A DNA stretch of 64,000 bases. Source: a virus. Location: positions 11,040-75,039 of the IMG/VR virus record IMGVR_UViG_3300035162_004754. One strand, 5' to 3'. The translations under genes and the position numbers were made by a program. This document shows, piece by piece, positions 1-10,509 of this stretch. Positions within the stretch are counted from its first letter, which is position 1; every line of letters starts with the position of its first letter. The notes beneath the pieces were generated by a model. That model was not told the DNA's origin. It searched no databases and saw only the letters and a program-made list of their open reading frames with translations.

Positions 1-1
1 T

Positions 2-859
2 AACGATGCTCCTCTCATTATTCATACTTTAGACATTGAGTTTAGACCGGTCTTCAATCCTCATATTATGAATGAGATAGATGCTGATGGAATGCTTTTG
101 ACATTCAAATCAAACTCTATAAACTATAGTTATGCTGATGTGGGTGATGATGGGTATGTAAAGAAAACTGCTGAAAAGAAAGCAATTAGTAGTAATGCCT
201 GTGTTGGTATATACGGATTCAAGAAAGGTTCTGATTTTTGTAAATATGCACGAGATATGATTGATCGTGATCTTAGAACAAAAAATGAATTTTATATTTC
301 ACCACTGTATAATCTTTTGATTGATGATGGTAAGAAAATTCTTACTCAATCTGTAGATAAGATGCATATTTTTGGAACTCCTGATGAGTTTCATTTTTAT
401 AAAAACAATGTTATTCGTCGCATTGGTGATAAACCCATTGCCATTTGTTCTGATCATTCTGGATTTGAAGCAAAAGAAATTTTTAAACAGATTTTAAATA
501 AGCACAGTCTTGAATACATTGACTTTGGAACTATTCTGAATAAGGATTGTGATTATCGTGATTATATTGCTCAGGCAGTTAAGTCAATTGGAGAGAGGGA
601 TTGTGACTATGGATTTGGATTCTGTCGTACAGGGCAAGGTATCAATATTTGTGCGAACAAGTATAAAGGTATTAGATCTGCTTTGATTTATAATGAGTTT
701 GCAATGGAGATGTCAATCAGACATAATTGTGCTAACTTTTTTGCTATTCCCTCAAGAGATATTGATTACAATACTTTAGACAAATATCTAGAGATTTGTT
801 CAAACAATACTTTTGACGGTGGTCGTCATCAGATTCGTATTCAGGAGTTAGAAAAATGA
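2..859 (+). CDS. Sugar nucleotidyltransferase-like domain fused to ribose-5-phosphate isomerase B (RpiB/LacAB); 5'-truncated by window edge
   Basis: Frame open from nt 2; NTP-transferase-type motifs (AEKKAISSNACVGIYGF, EFYISPLYN, FGTPDE), then RpiB motifs SDHSG, CRTGQG, RHNCAN, FDGGRH. Confidence 0.8.
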   Translation, partial: NDAPLIIHTLDIEFRPVFNPHIMNEIDADGMLLTFKSNSINYSYADVGDDGYVKKTAEKKAISSNACVGIYGFKKGSDFCKYARDMIDRDLRTKNEFYISPLYNLLIDDGKKILTQSVDKMHIFGTPDEFHFYKNNVIRRIGDKPIAICSDHSGFEAKEIFKQILNKHSLEYIDFGTILNKDCDYRDYIAQAVKSIGERDCDYGFGFCRTGQGINICANKYKGIRSALIYNEFAMEMSIRHNCANFFAIPSRDIDYNTLDKYLEICSNNTFDGGRHQIRIQELEK

Positions 860-1179
860 TTGAATCTAATATTAAAGATTATAGGGGAGGATGGTTTGTT
901 GGTGATTTTAATCCATCTTTATTTAAAAATCCATTCTTCGAAGTAGGACATCATAACCATAAAAAAGGATGTGAAACATTTCCACATACTCACAAGGTTA
1001 CAACTGAGTTAAATTATATTGTATCTGGAGAACTTAAAGTAAATGGTAAACTTATGAGTGCCGGAGACATGTGGATTTATGAACCCAATGAAGTTTCCAA
1101 TGTGGAATTTCTTGAAGATTCTGACCTGATTGTTGTGAGATGGCCATCCATTCCTTCAGATAAATATTCAGTTAATTGA
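856..1179 (+). CDS. Cupin-domain protein
   Basis: HTHK..TELNYIVSGEL..GD..YEP cupin motifs; GWFVGDF N-terminus. Confidence 0.75.
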   Translation: MIESNIKDYRGGWFVGDFNPSLFKNPFFEVGHHNHKKGCETFPHTHKVTTELNYIVSGELKVNGKLMSAGDMWIYEPNEVSNVEFLEDSDLIVVRWPSIPSDKYSVN

Positions 1180-1220
1180 GGTATAATTTATGTTTATTAT
1201 TTCTTGGAGTACTATAGGGG

Positions 1221-1694
1221 ATGAAACTGATAGCACATCGTGGTAACATTGATGGTCCGAATTTATTAAATGAAAATAATCCTGAACATATTGACAATAT
1301 AATCCTACAAGGTTATGATGTTGAAATTGATATTAGATTTGATGATGACACTGAAAAATTTTTTCTTGGGCATGACTATTCAAAATATCTAGTTAATTGG
1401 TCTTGGTTACATAAACATAAAGAAAAATTGTGGATTCATTGTAAAAATATTGAGGCACTCTATCAATTTTCTTCTAATCTTGATGGTTATAATTATTTTT
1501 GGCATGATAAAGATTCATACACTATGACTAGTAAAAAATATATTTGGTCTTATCCAGGAGAAAAATATAATTCCAAATCTATTATAGTGATGCCTGAGTT
1601 AAATTTATTTGAGTTTATTAATTGTGGATATATAGTTATGAAGCATTACAATTGTTTTGGTATTTGTAGTGATTATGTGGGTAAAATTAAATGA
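1221..1694 (+). CDS. GDPD/PLC-like phosphodiesterase
   Basis: IAHRGN, EN, DVEIDI, LGHD, WIHCKN, GICSDY. Confidence 0.7.
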   Translation: MKLIAHRGNIDGPNLLNENNPEHIDNIILQGYDVEIDIRFDDDTEKFFLGHDYSKYLVNWSWLHKHKEKLWIHCKNIEALYQFSSNLDGYNYFWHDKDSYTMTSKKYIWSYPGEKYNSKSIIVMPELNLFEFINCGYIVMKHYNCFGICSDYVGKIK

Positions 1695-2389
1695 CTTGTG
1701 TAAATGATTCTGCTTTTGTAGAACTTAAGAATAATTATGCCAATATTAATGTTGTTGATGTAGGAGCCGCAAGAGCATCATTTTTAGTTGAGTTAGAAAA
1801 AATTTTTAATTTAAATGATGTTTATGCTATAGGAATTGATCCTTTTGATCATAATGTTAAAGATCATTATGATAAATTTTTTCAGATATGTGTTGACAAT
1901 GTAGATTCTCCTACAAAGAAAAAATTCTTTGTAAATTCTGATGATCAAACTAGTTCTCTTTGTAAATTGCAACCAGAGAATTTTTCCTCAAATTTGAATG
2001 ATAAAGATAAATTTTATTATTCTCAAACAATTATTAATAAGATAACAAAAATTAAAGAAGTTGTCGAAGTTGATGTTTTAAATTTAAATTCTATTATTGA
2101 AGAAGAACTTCCAGAAGGAATAGTTCATTTTATAAAAATTGATACTGAGGGTAAGGACTTAGATATTATAAAATCTTTATCTGATGATACTTTAAATAGA
2201 ACAAAATTTATATGTATCGAATGTCCTAATTTTATTTCTAGATTTGAAGGTGAGTCTAACAGAAAAGAATGTATAGATTATTTTGAATCTAAAAATTTTG
2301 AAGTATTTAATTTTATGAATTATGAGGAAGATCCTACTAATAGACAACCTATGAGTGATATAGTTTTTGTTAATGGGAAAGATATATGA
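1691..2389 (+). CDS. FkbM-family methyltransferase
   Basis: VDVGAA SAM motif, IKIDTEGKDLDI. Confidence 0.8.
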   Translation: MTCVNDSAFVELKNNYANINVVDVGAARASFLVELEKIFNLNDVYAIGIDPFDHNVKDHYDKFFQICVDNVDSPTKKKFFVNSDDQTSSLCKLQPENFSSNLNDKDKFYYSQTIINKITKIKEVVEVDVLNLNSIIEEELPEGIVHFIKIDTEGKDLDIIKSLSDDTLNRTKFICIECPNFISRFEGESNRKECIDYFESKNFEVFNFMNYEEDPTNRQPMSDIVFVNGKDI

Positions 2390-3129
2390 AAATTGCATTA
2401 TGTTTATCTGGACAACCAAGAGTTGTTGATGTTGGATTTTCTAAATTAAGTCAATCAATTCTTCAGCACAATAGTGATGTTGATGTTTTTATTCATACCT
2501 GGTTTGATGAAGAAAATCTTAGTACTAATTCTATAATACCCGGTAGAGAAAGCCATAGATTAGATCCAAATGCTATCAATAAATTAATTCAATATTATAG
2601 TCCTAAAAGAATAATGGTTGAGAAACCAAAAAAGTGGACAAGAAAATATGAATTTCCTGATAAAGTTTTTACTCATGCACATACTTGGGCTTTAGAAGTT
2701 CCTTCTGGTTTGGAAGTTGCAAAAAAATATATTTGTGATACTACCAATAGTATGTTTTATAGTATTATGATGTCAAATCTTTTGAAGGAGCAGTATTCTG
2801 TTGAGAATAGTATAGAATATGATCTTGTTATTCGTAACCGTATTGATTATTCTCCCCATGTTGTGCTACAATTAGAGAACATCGTGATAAATGATGATGA
2901 CCTCATGTATCAAGATTTATATCAACCTGATGGTATGATTAGTGATTGGTTTGCTATGGGATCTTCTAATGCTATTAATACATTTTGTGGAGTTTACAAT
3001 CAAATCGGACAATTAATTAAACAATCAAATGAAGTTGATGGTTATTGGTGTAATGAACTTTTATTAAAACATCATATTTCAAATAACAATATTAAAGTAA
3101 AACCTATTGACTTTCAAGTACACTATTAA
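2386..3129 (+). CDS. Putative glycosyltransferase-like protein
   Basis: KIALCLSGQPR, DVFIHTW, YDLVIRNRID, DWFAMG; sits in glycan island. Confidence 0.55.
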   Translation: MKIALCLSGQPRVVDVGFSKLSQSILQHNSDVDVFIHTWFDEENLSTNSIIPGRESHRLDPNAINKLIQYYSPKRIMVEKPKKWTRKYEFPDKVFTHAHTWALEVPSGLEVAKKYICDTTNSMFYSIMMSNLLKEQYSVENSIEYDLVIRNRIDYSPHVVLQLENIVINDDDLMYQDLYQPDGMISDWFAMGSSNAINTFCGVYNQIGQLIKQSNEVDGYWCNELLLKHHISNNNIKVKPIDFQVHY

Positions 3130-3135
3130 ATTGAT

Positions 3136-4161
3136 ATGAAAACAGCACTTATCACCGGAATTACAGGACAAGACGGTTCTTATCTTACTGAATTTTTGTT
3201 GGATAAAGGATACCGTATTCATGGTATTATTAGAAGAAACTCTACATCTGATGGTACAGATCGTATTAATTATCTTTTGAATAATCCTTACATTACTCTT
3301 CATTATGGGGATATGACAGATTTTTCTAATCTTACATCAATTATTCAGGAAACTAGACCTGATGAAATTTATAATCTGGCAGCACAGAGTCATGTTAAAG
3401 TTTCATTTTCCAGTTCTCTCTATACTTCAGATGTAGATGCATTAGGAGTTACCAGACTTTTGGAGGCATTGAGAATTCTTGGAATGATTAATACCACAAA
3501 ATTTTATCAGGCAAGTACGTCTGAGATGTATGGTAAAGTTCAGTCTATTCCTCAAAGAGAAAGCACTAAATTTCATCCACGTTCTCCATATGGAGTAGCA
3601 AAATTATATGCACATTGGATTCTTAAAAATTATAGAGAAGCATATGGTCTCTTTGGGTGTAGTGGAATTCTTTTTAATCATGAAAGTCCAAGACGTGGAG
3701 AAAATTTTGTAACACGCAAAACTACGAAGGTTCTTTCGGAAATTAAAAATGGTAAGAGATCTGCTCCTTTAGAGTTGGGAAATTTAGATGCTAAAAGAGA
3801 CTGGGGTCATGCTAAAGATTATGTTGAGGCAATGTGGTTAATGCTGCAACAAGAGCATCCTAATGATTATGTTGTATCTACAGGGGAACAGCATTCAGTG
3901 CGTGAGTTTGTAAGTATTGCATGTGAACATATTGGATTTGATATTGAATGGAGTGGAACTGGAATAGATGAAGTGGCAACTATCAAAGAAACTGGTGAAG
4001 TTCTTGTAAGAGTCAATCCAGATTATTATCGTCCTACCGAAGTTGATTCTTTAGTCGGTGATCCAACTTTCGTTAAAAACGAAATTGGATGGAAACCCAA
4101 GTATTCTTTTGCAGATCTTGTAAAAGAAATGTGTGATAGTGATATGGAGGCATCTAAATGA
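3136..4161 (+). CDS. gmd: GDP-mannose 4,6-dehydratase
   Basis: [58 protein letters not shown]. Confidence 0.97.
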   Translation: MKTALITGITGQDGSYLTEFLLDKGYRIHGIIRRNSTSDGTDRINYLLNNPYITLHYGDMTDFSNLTSIIQETRPDEIYNLAAQSHVKVSFSSSLYTSDVDALGVTRLLEALRILGMINTTKFYQASTSEMYGKVQSIPQRESTKFHPRSPYGVAKLYAHWILKNYREAYGLFGCSGILFNHESPRRGENFVTRKTTKVLSEIKNGKRSAPLELGNLDAKRDWGHAKDYVEAMWLMLQQEHPNDYVVSTGEQHSVREFVSIACEHIGFDIEWSGTGIDEVATIKETGEVLVRVNPDYYRPTEVDSLVGDPTFVKNEIGWKPKYSFADLVKEMCDSDMEASK

Positions 4162-5087
4162 AAAGAAAAATTATTTTTTGGGTAGAAAATAAACCATATC
4201 AAACATTTTCATACATTTATGCTGGTATGAAAAGAGCTTTTGAAAAATTGGGATGTGAAACATATTGGTTTAGTGATCAATCTTTTCCCTCTGCTTCAGA
4301 ATTTGATTATAGTAACTGTATCTTTTTTATTGATAATCAAGGTCCTCTTGATTGGAATGTTCCTATTATAGATAGTGGAATTTATTTTGCTTATGATAAA
4401 TTTACTAATGTTAATAAGTATCTGGATAAAGTTAAGTGCTTAATTAATTATCGTGTAGCAGAATTTAAACATCCTATTTTGGATAATGATAGATATGTTG
4501 AAATTGAAAAGGGAGTTATATTTGATACACAAACACCCGAACCATACAATGTAGTTCACTTTCATTATGCAACTAACTTACTTCCGGAAGAAATTGATTT
4601 GAATTGGGCAAAGAAAAATAGGAATAATGAGTACAATTTTGTGGGTACTATTCATGATCCCAGACCTAATTGTGAACCAATTCATCAGCAATTTATTGAG
4701 ATTGTAAAAGAGAAACAAATTCCTTTTAATCATTACAATCCAAATATTAATCCAGTAACGGATGAAGAACATGTTAAAATTCTTCAAGACTCAATGTTTG
4801 TCCCAGATTTTAGACCTGCAGAACAAAAAGTTCAACGTTATGTTGCTGATAGAATTATGAAAGCAATTAGTTACGGTTGTCTTGTAGTTTCTGATTGTCA
4901 TTATGCAAAAGATTTTATTGATAAAGATCTTTTAACTTCTGAAAATGCACAAGAAATTTTTGATTTGGGTATGGAAAATCAAAATAACATAGAATTAATT
5001 TCTCATTTAATGGAGATTGTTAAAAGAGATCATACGTATATGAACAGATGCAAAGGAATTTTAAGTATTGTTGAGGAGGTTGAGTAA
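4158..5087 (+). CDS. Putative glycosyltransferase (GT-B, CgeB-like C-terminus)
   Basis: [16 protein letters not shown] and HTYMNR C-terminal motifs. Confidence 0.55.
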   Translation: MKRKIIFWVENKPYQTFSYIYAGMKRAFEKLGCETYWFSDQSFPSASEFDYSNCIFFIDNQGPLDWNVPIIDSGIYFAYDKFTNVNKYLDKVKCLINYRVAEFKHPILDNDRYVEIEKGVIFDTQTPEPYNVVHFHYATNLLPEEIDLNWAKKNRNNEYNFVGTIHDPRPNCEPIHQQFIEIVKEKQIPFNHYNPNINPVTDEEHVKILQDSMFVPDFRPAEQKVQRYVADRIMKAISYGCLVVSDCHYAKDFIDKDLLTSENAQEIFDLGMENQNNIELISHLMEIVKRDHTYMNRCKGILSIVEEVE

Positions 5088-6322
5088 TGTCTAGGTATGT
5101 TGAAATTGAATCCTGTAGGGTAAGTAAAAAAAATGATTTAGTATCTTTTTTAAATCTTGGAAGTCAAAAACTAACAGGTGTCTTTCCAAGGCCAAATGAA
5201 GAAATTGATAGTGGACCTTTGGAATTGGTTTGGAGTCCATCTAGTAATCTTGTACAATTAAAGCATACTTTTGAACCTACGGAAATGTATGGGGATAACT
5301 ATGGGTATCGTTCTGGATTGAATAATTCAATGGTTCAACACCTTACTAGTAAGGCAAATTATCTTATTGAACTTTCTAATCTTGAACCTGGAGATGTTGT
5401 TGTTGATATTGGATCAAATGATTGCACAACTCTTAAATCATTTCCCAACTACACAAAAAGAATTGGTATTGATCCTACTATAAAAAAGTTTTCTCAATAT
5501 TATCCTGAAGAAATTCCCTATATTGCAGATTTTTTCTCGAAGGAATCTTATCGTTCTGTTGAAAAAGATAAGAATGCAAAACTCGTAATGTCTATTGCAT
5601 GTTTTTATGATCTTGATGATCCTGTCACATTTGTAAAAGACATTCGTTCTATTCTTACTGATGATGGAATGTGGCATTTTGAACAAGCGTATTTGCCATC
5701 AACTCTTAGATCTAGTTCTTATGATACAGCATGTCATGAACATATTGAATATTACTCAATGCTTTCTGTTCAAAATATTCTTGAACGGGCAGGGATGAAA
5801 ATTGTTGATGTCACTCTTAATGACATTAATGGTGGTAGTTTTGCTGTAACTGCATGTAAAGATACTAATACTTCAATTAAAGTAAATGATGCAGTAATTA
5901 ATTGGTTGATTGATGAAGAGTATAAAATGGGTCTTCATACAATTAAACCTTATTATGACTTTGCTCAGAGAGCATATGATCATCGTGATTCGATTGTAAA
6001 TCTTGTTAGGTCTCTTCGTGCTGATGGTAAAACCATTTATGGATACGGTGCCTCAACTAAAGGTAATGTTCTTCTTCAGTGGTGTGGATTTACTTCTGAT
6101 GATATTACTGCTGTTGGTGAAGTTAATAGTGATAAGTTTGGTTGTGTAACTCCGGGAACTGATATACCTATCATCTCTGAGGAGGAAGTTAAAGCATCCA
6201 ATCCAGATTATATGATTGTGTTACCGTGGCACTTTAAAAATGGTATAATCCAAAGAGAAAAAGATTTCATGAAATCTGGAGGTAATTTTATTTTTCCTCT
6301 CCCATACATTCAAATTATTTGA
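5087..6322 (+). CDS. NDP-hexose C-methyltransferase
   Basis: YGYRS, VVDIGSND, HEHIEYYS, GYGASTKGN, VLPWHF. Confidence 0.9.
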   Translation: MSRYVEIESCRVSKKNDLVSFLNLGSQKLTGVFPRPNEEIDSGPLELVWSPSSNLVQLKHTFEPTEMYGDNYGYRSGLNNSMVQHLTSKANYLIELSNLEPGDVVVDIGSNDCTTLKSFPNYTKRIGIDPTIKKFSQYYPEEIPYIADFFSKESYRSVEKDKNAKLVMSIACFYDLDDPVTFVKDIRSILTDDGMWHFEQAYLPSTLRSSSYDTACHEHIEYYSMLSVQNILERAGMKIVDVTLNDINGGSFAVTACKDTNTSIKVNDAVINWLIDEEYKMGLHTIKPYYDFAQRAYDHRDSIVNLVRSLRADGKTIYGYGASTKGNVLLQWCGFTSDDITAVGEVNSDKFGCVTPGTDIPIISEEEVKASNPDYMIVLPWHFKNGIIQREKDFMKSGGNFIFPLPYIQII

Positions 6323-6347
6323 CAAATAATTTAAACAGTGGTAGTAT
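6319..6347 (+). promoter_or_regulatory. Sigma70-type promoter
   Basis: TTGACA-17-TAGTAT with extended TG. Confidence 0.55.
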
Positions 6348-6371
6348 AAATTATAAAGTATTGGTAAATTT

Positions 6372-7145
6372 ATGAGTGTCAATGTTTACTACCATATTTG
6401 GTCTCCTCCAGACACCGACATGTGGAAGTTAATGGTTGATGAACAAATTAAAAGATTGTATCGTTCGGGTTTGTCTGAAATAGCAAATATAAAATGTGCT
6501 ATTAATGGAAAACAAGCATCGAGAATTAAAGAATTTGTTTCTCTTTACGATTGGATTGAAATTTTAGAGTGTAAAGATAGTGATGATCAATATGAAGGAT
6601 TTACTCTTAAATATCTTTATGAAGATTGTGTAAATCAGAAAGTTGATAAAGTGATGTACTTTCATACAAAGGGTATGAGTCATCTTTCTGGAGCAAGAGA
6701 TGTATATTCTGATCGTAGATTTCGAGCAATAAATAGTTGGAGACACCTCATGGAATGGGGTTGTATCGATAAATGGAATGTAAACTTACATAAGTTAAAT
6801 GCCTGTCAAGTTTCAGGAGTTAACTATTGCTTGGATCCATGGCCACACATGAGTGGTAATTTTTGGTGGGCAAGAGCAGATTATATATCAACTCTTCAGC
6901 ATCCAACTAAACAAGCATTTCAGAGAACAGCAGAAGACTTTGGTCCAATTGAAAGGATGAATTTTGAGAAATGGATTGGTATGAAAAATCCATCTGTTTA
7001 TAGTTTTTACGATCCACCATTCAGTTATGATTTTAAGAATCTTGTTCCTGACATTCAACCTACTCCTCCAGGTGAGCCATATTGGTTCTGGTTATATCGA
7101 GATGATATCCACCCACATTATTTAAAATATTTAAAAGAAGTATGA
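6372..7145 (+). CDS. Hypothetical protein, glycosyltransferase-like
   Basis: YYHI, YFHTKG, HMSGNFWWA motifs; glycan island context. Confidence 0.5.
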   Translation: MSVNVYYHIWSPPDTDMWKLMVDEQIKRLYRSGLSEIANIKCAINGKQASRIKEFVSLYDWIEILECKDSDDQYEGFTLKYLYEDCVNQKVDKVMYFHTKGMSHLSGARDVYSDRRFRAINSWRHLMEWGCIDKWNVNLHKLNACQVSGVNYCLDPWPHMSGNFWWARADYISTLQHPTKQAFQRTAEDFGPIERMNFEKWIGMKNPSVYSFYDPPFSYDFKNLVPDIQPTPPGEPYWFWLYRDDIHPHYLKYLKEV

Positions 7146-7870
7146 CTGTAAAATTTGGATGTTTTCATACAGTATATGAAAACAAAAAAGCAACTGAGTT
7201 TATATTACAAGAGTTTAGAAAATATCATCCAGATGCTCCATATACTATCTGTTGCGATGGTGGAGTAGACTACTCTGATCTCTGTGAAAAATATAATGTA
7301 AATTATGTTCATTCATACATGAGAATTGGTCGAAGAAATGCTGGTGATCCCTCAGGAATTTATGGATTCACAAAAGATGAAAGTCTGCATTGGATTCATA
7401 TGTTTAGAGAAGCTGCTAGACATGTAATGGATAATGGTGGAACACATATGATCATGATGGAAGATGATGTTCTTACACAAGGTGAAGTAAAAATTAATCC
7501 TATTTGGGAATGTGCTGGATTTGAAGTTCCTGAAAATAAAATTTCACCAAAAATGTTAGAATTTATTTCTGACAAATATGGAGCAAATCCAAATGTAGAT
7601 TGGTATGGTGCTGGTGGAGGTAGCATCTATAATATAGAAACCTTCCTCAATAATTATCATAAAATTTATGATTTTATTGATTTTGATTTTGATAATATTC
7701 TTGAAAATATGGATCACAGATTTGGTTGGTTGGATCTTTATATGCAAATTGCATATTTTGTAATTGGTAAACATTATTCTATTAATACCAATCTCACTGA
7801 AGTATGGAAAACTCCAAACTTTCGTGAAAGTGATTTCACTCTTGTTCATGCTTATAAGGAATTGTACTAA
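7142..7870 (+). CDS. Putative GT-A glycosyltransferase
   Basis: CDGG and MEDDV motifs. Confidence 0.5.
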   Translation: MTVKFGCFHTVYENKKATEFILQEFRKYHPDAPYTICCDGGVDYSDLCEKYNVNYVHSYMRIGRRNAGDPSGIYGFTKDESLHWIHMFREAARHVMDNGGTHMIMMEDDVLTQGEVKINPIWECAGFEVPENKISPKMLEFISDKYGANPNVDWYGAGGGSIYNIETFLNNYHKIYDFIDFDFDNILENMDHRFGWLDLYMQIAYFVIGKHYSINTNLTEVWKTPNFRESDFTLVHAYKELY

Positions 7871-8841
7871 TGAAAATTGGATTTATTGGACCAGGTATTA
7901 TACCCATTCCTCCTGATGGATGGGGTGCTGTAGAATCTTTAATATGGGAGATTGCATGTGAACTTGGAGAAAAAGGTCATGAAGGAATGATCATTAATGA
8001 TCCTGATTTGGATGAAATTGTAAAAACAGTTCAAGAAAACGATTTTGATTTTATTCATGTTTTCTATGATGTGTTCTATCCGATAATGGATGCTATTAAA
8101 AAAGTTTCTCCCAAATCAGTAACTGCCATTAGTAGTGCATATCCATATGTTGATCAACCTAATTTTTATCCTAGAGATGGATATGCTCCTATCTATGAAT
8201 GGTTTGTAAGTCAGAAAGATCATTATAATTTTTGTCTTTCTGATAAAGATTTGTTGACATATAAAAATGGTGGAGCAGATGAATCCAAACTTATTCGTTT
8301 AGGTCTTGGTGCTCAACACAAAAATTTCAAATTTGATCTTGAATGTGAGAAGACAAACAAAACTTTGTACATGGCAAAAATTGAAATTAGAAAACGTCAG
8401 TGGATTTATCAACCAATTGAAAGTATAGATTTTGTTGGTAGGTATTCTTCAACTACAACTTTTGATAAACTTCATAAAAGTTATATTGGAGAATGGACAA
8501 CTGAAGAAAAGCATGATAATGTAACTAAGTATGCAAATTTAATGCTTCTATCTGATGGAGAAAATGGAACACCCTTAGTCATTAAAGAGGCACTTGTTTC
8601 TGGTCTTGGTATTGTGTGCTCCAGATATTGTGCATATGATCTCGATACTTCTCTTCCATTTATTACAATCATTCCGGATGATAAATTAAATGACCTTGAA
8701 TATGTTGAGAATGCAATTGAAGAGAATAGAAAGATTTCTATTACTATGCGTAAAGAAATTAGGGAATATGGTGTAAGTAATTTCTCTTGGGAAAATATTG
8801 TCAATCAATATGAAAAAGATATTATTGAAATTATGAAATGA
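7870..8841 (+). CDS. GT4-like glycosyltransferase
   Basis: IPPDGWGAVE, ENGTPLVIKEALVSG, FSWENI. Confidence 0.8.
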   Translation: MKIGFIGPGIIPIPPDGWGAVESLIWEIACELGEKGHEGMIINDPDLDEIVKTVQENDFDFIHVFYDVFYPIMDAIKKVSPKSVTAISSAYPYVDQPNFYPRDGYAPIYEWFVSQKDHYNFCLSDKDLLTYKNGGADESKLIRLGLGAQHKNFKFDLECEKTNKTLYMAKIEIRKRQWIYQPIESIDFVGRYSSTTTFDKLHKSYIGEWTTEEKHDNVTKYANLMLLSDGENGTPLVIKEALVSGLGIVCSRYCAYDLDTSLPFITIIPDDKLNDLEYVENAIEENRKISITMRKEIREYGVSNFSWENIVNQYEKDIIEIMK

Positions 8842-10505
8842 GAATATCAATTATTGGCCCAAACACTCCCATTCCTCCTAGAGGTTGGGGTGCTGTAGAA
8901 TCTCTTATTTGGGATTATAAATTATCTTTGGAAAAGTTGGGACATACAGTTCAAATAATAAACATTGGGGAACCAATAAAAATTTTGAACATGATTGAGG
9001 AGTTCCAACCAGATTTTGTTCATATTAATTATGATGATTGGATTCCTCTATATCCTTATATTAGATATCCTTGTGCCATAACAACTCACTTTGCTTACAT
9101 TGAAAGACCTGAATTAATGGGTCCATATAAGGAAAGAGTTTTTGATGTTTTTACTCAAGTTAAACCTACAGTCTTTGGATTGTCTGATGGAATCAACAAA
9201 GTCTATGAGAATGATTGCAAAATATCTTCGGATAGATTATTTTTAAATCCAAATGGAGTCATGTCAGATAACTTTAGAGTAACTGATTCTCCAAAATTTT
9301 CTGATAGATCAATCTTTCTTGCAAAAGTTGATTATAGGAAGAGGCAATGCTTCTTTCAATCAATTGATAGTTTATGGTATGCAGGTAATATTGTAGATCA
9401 TAGATTTGACCAATCTAAAAACTATCTTGGAGAGTGGGAAAAAGAATATCTTTATGATAATCTAACTGACTATGGCAATCTTGTGCTCTTGTCTGATGGT
9501 GAGGCACATTCTTTAGTTATTATGGAAGCCTTTGCTGCAGGTCTTGGAGTTGTTGTTAGTGAATGGGCAACTGCAAATCTTGATATAAGTAAAGAATTTA
9601 TTACTGTAATTCCTGAAGACAAGGTAAATGATTTAGAATATATTGAGAAAGTAATCATTGAGAACAGAGAATATTCTGTAAATAATAGAGATGAAATTTT
9701 AGAATATTCAAAACAATTTGACTGGACAAACGTAATACAAAATTATTATATGCCTAACATTGAAACAGTTATTAAAAACAAAAAAACTAAAGTTGCCATA
9801 TGCTTTATTGGAACTGGCAAGTATCTTAATTTTTTACCAAAATATTATGAGAATATAGAAAAATATTTTCTTCCAAATTCAATAAAAACTTTCATGGTCT
9901 TTACTGATGGTGAACTAGATGGATTGCCTGATAATATAATTAAGTATCAACAAGAACATTTAAAATGGCCTTTTATTACTTTAAAGAGATTTGAAATTAT
10001 TGATAAGGCAAGGGACGAGATTTTAAAAAACGATTGGTTGGTCTTTATTGATGCTGATGGTTTAGTTGTTGATGAAATCAGTGAAGAAGAATTTTTTGAT
10101 GATGATAAATCTTTCTTTGGAGTTCATCATCCATGTCATTATTTGAAAATGCCAGGGCATCAAAGTTTTTCTGGATCATTCGAAACTAATCCAAAATCTA
10201 GATCTTCTGTTTCTAATGAAGATGATACTTCTACATATTGGCAAGGATGTTTATGGGGTGGAAAAGTTCCTGATGTTTTTAAACTGATTGATGAAATTAA
10301 AACAAGAGTTAATGATGATTTAAAAGATGATATAATTGCAGTATGGCATGATGAAAGTCATTTAAATAAATTTTTTATTGAAAATAAAAATAATGTAAAT
10401 ACTTTACCTTCATCCTATGCATACCCAGAAGATTTTTCTTCTCAATGTAATTTTGATCCAAAAATAGTTCATCTATCAAAAGATAATTCAAAATATCAAT
10501 TATAA
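8838..10505 (+). CDS. Fusion of GT4-like and GT6 (ABO-type alpha-1,3-Gal/GalNAc transferase) domains
   Basis: N-half paralogous to preceding gene (IPPRGWGAVE, EAHSLVIMEA); C-half has GT6 motifs IGTGKY, VFTD, WP..TLKRF, DAD, WHDESHLNK. Confidence 0.85.
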   Translation: MRISIIGPNTPIPPRGWGAVESLIWDYKLSLEKLGHTVQIINIGEPIKILNMIEEFQPDFVHINYDDWIPLYPYIRYPCAITTHFAYIERPELMGPYKERVFDVFTQVKPTVFGLSDGINKVYENDCKISSDRLFLNPNGVMSDNFRVTDSPKFSDRSIFLAKVDYRKRQCFFQSIDSLWYAGNIVDHRFDQSKNYLGEWEKEYLYDNLTDYGNLVLLSDGEAHSLVIMEAFAAGLGVVVSEWATANLDISKEFITVIPEDKVNDLEYIEKVIIENREYSVNNRDEILEYSKQFDWTNVIQNYYMPNIETVIKNKKTKVAICFIGTGKYLNFLPKYYENIEKYFLPNSIKTFMVFTDGELDGLPDNIIKYQQEHLKWPFITLKRFEIIDKARDEILKNDWLVFIDADGLVVDEISEEEFFDDDKSFFGVHHPCHYLKMPGHQSFSGSFETNPKSRSSVSNEDDTSTYWQGCLWGGKVPDVFKLIDEIKTRVNDDLKDDIIAVWHDESHLNKFFIENKNNVNTLPSSYAYPEDFSSQCNFDPKIVHLSKDNSKYQL

Positions 10506-10509
10506 AAAA

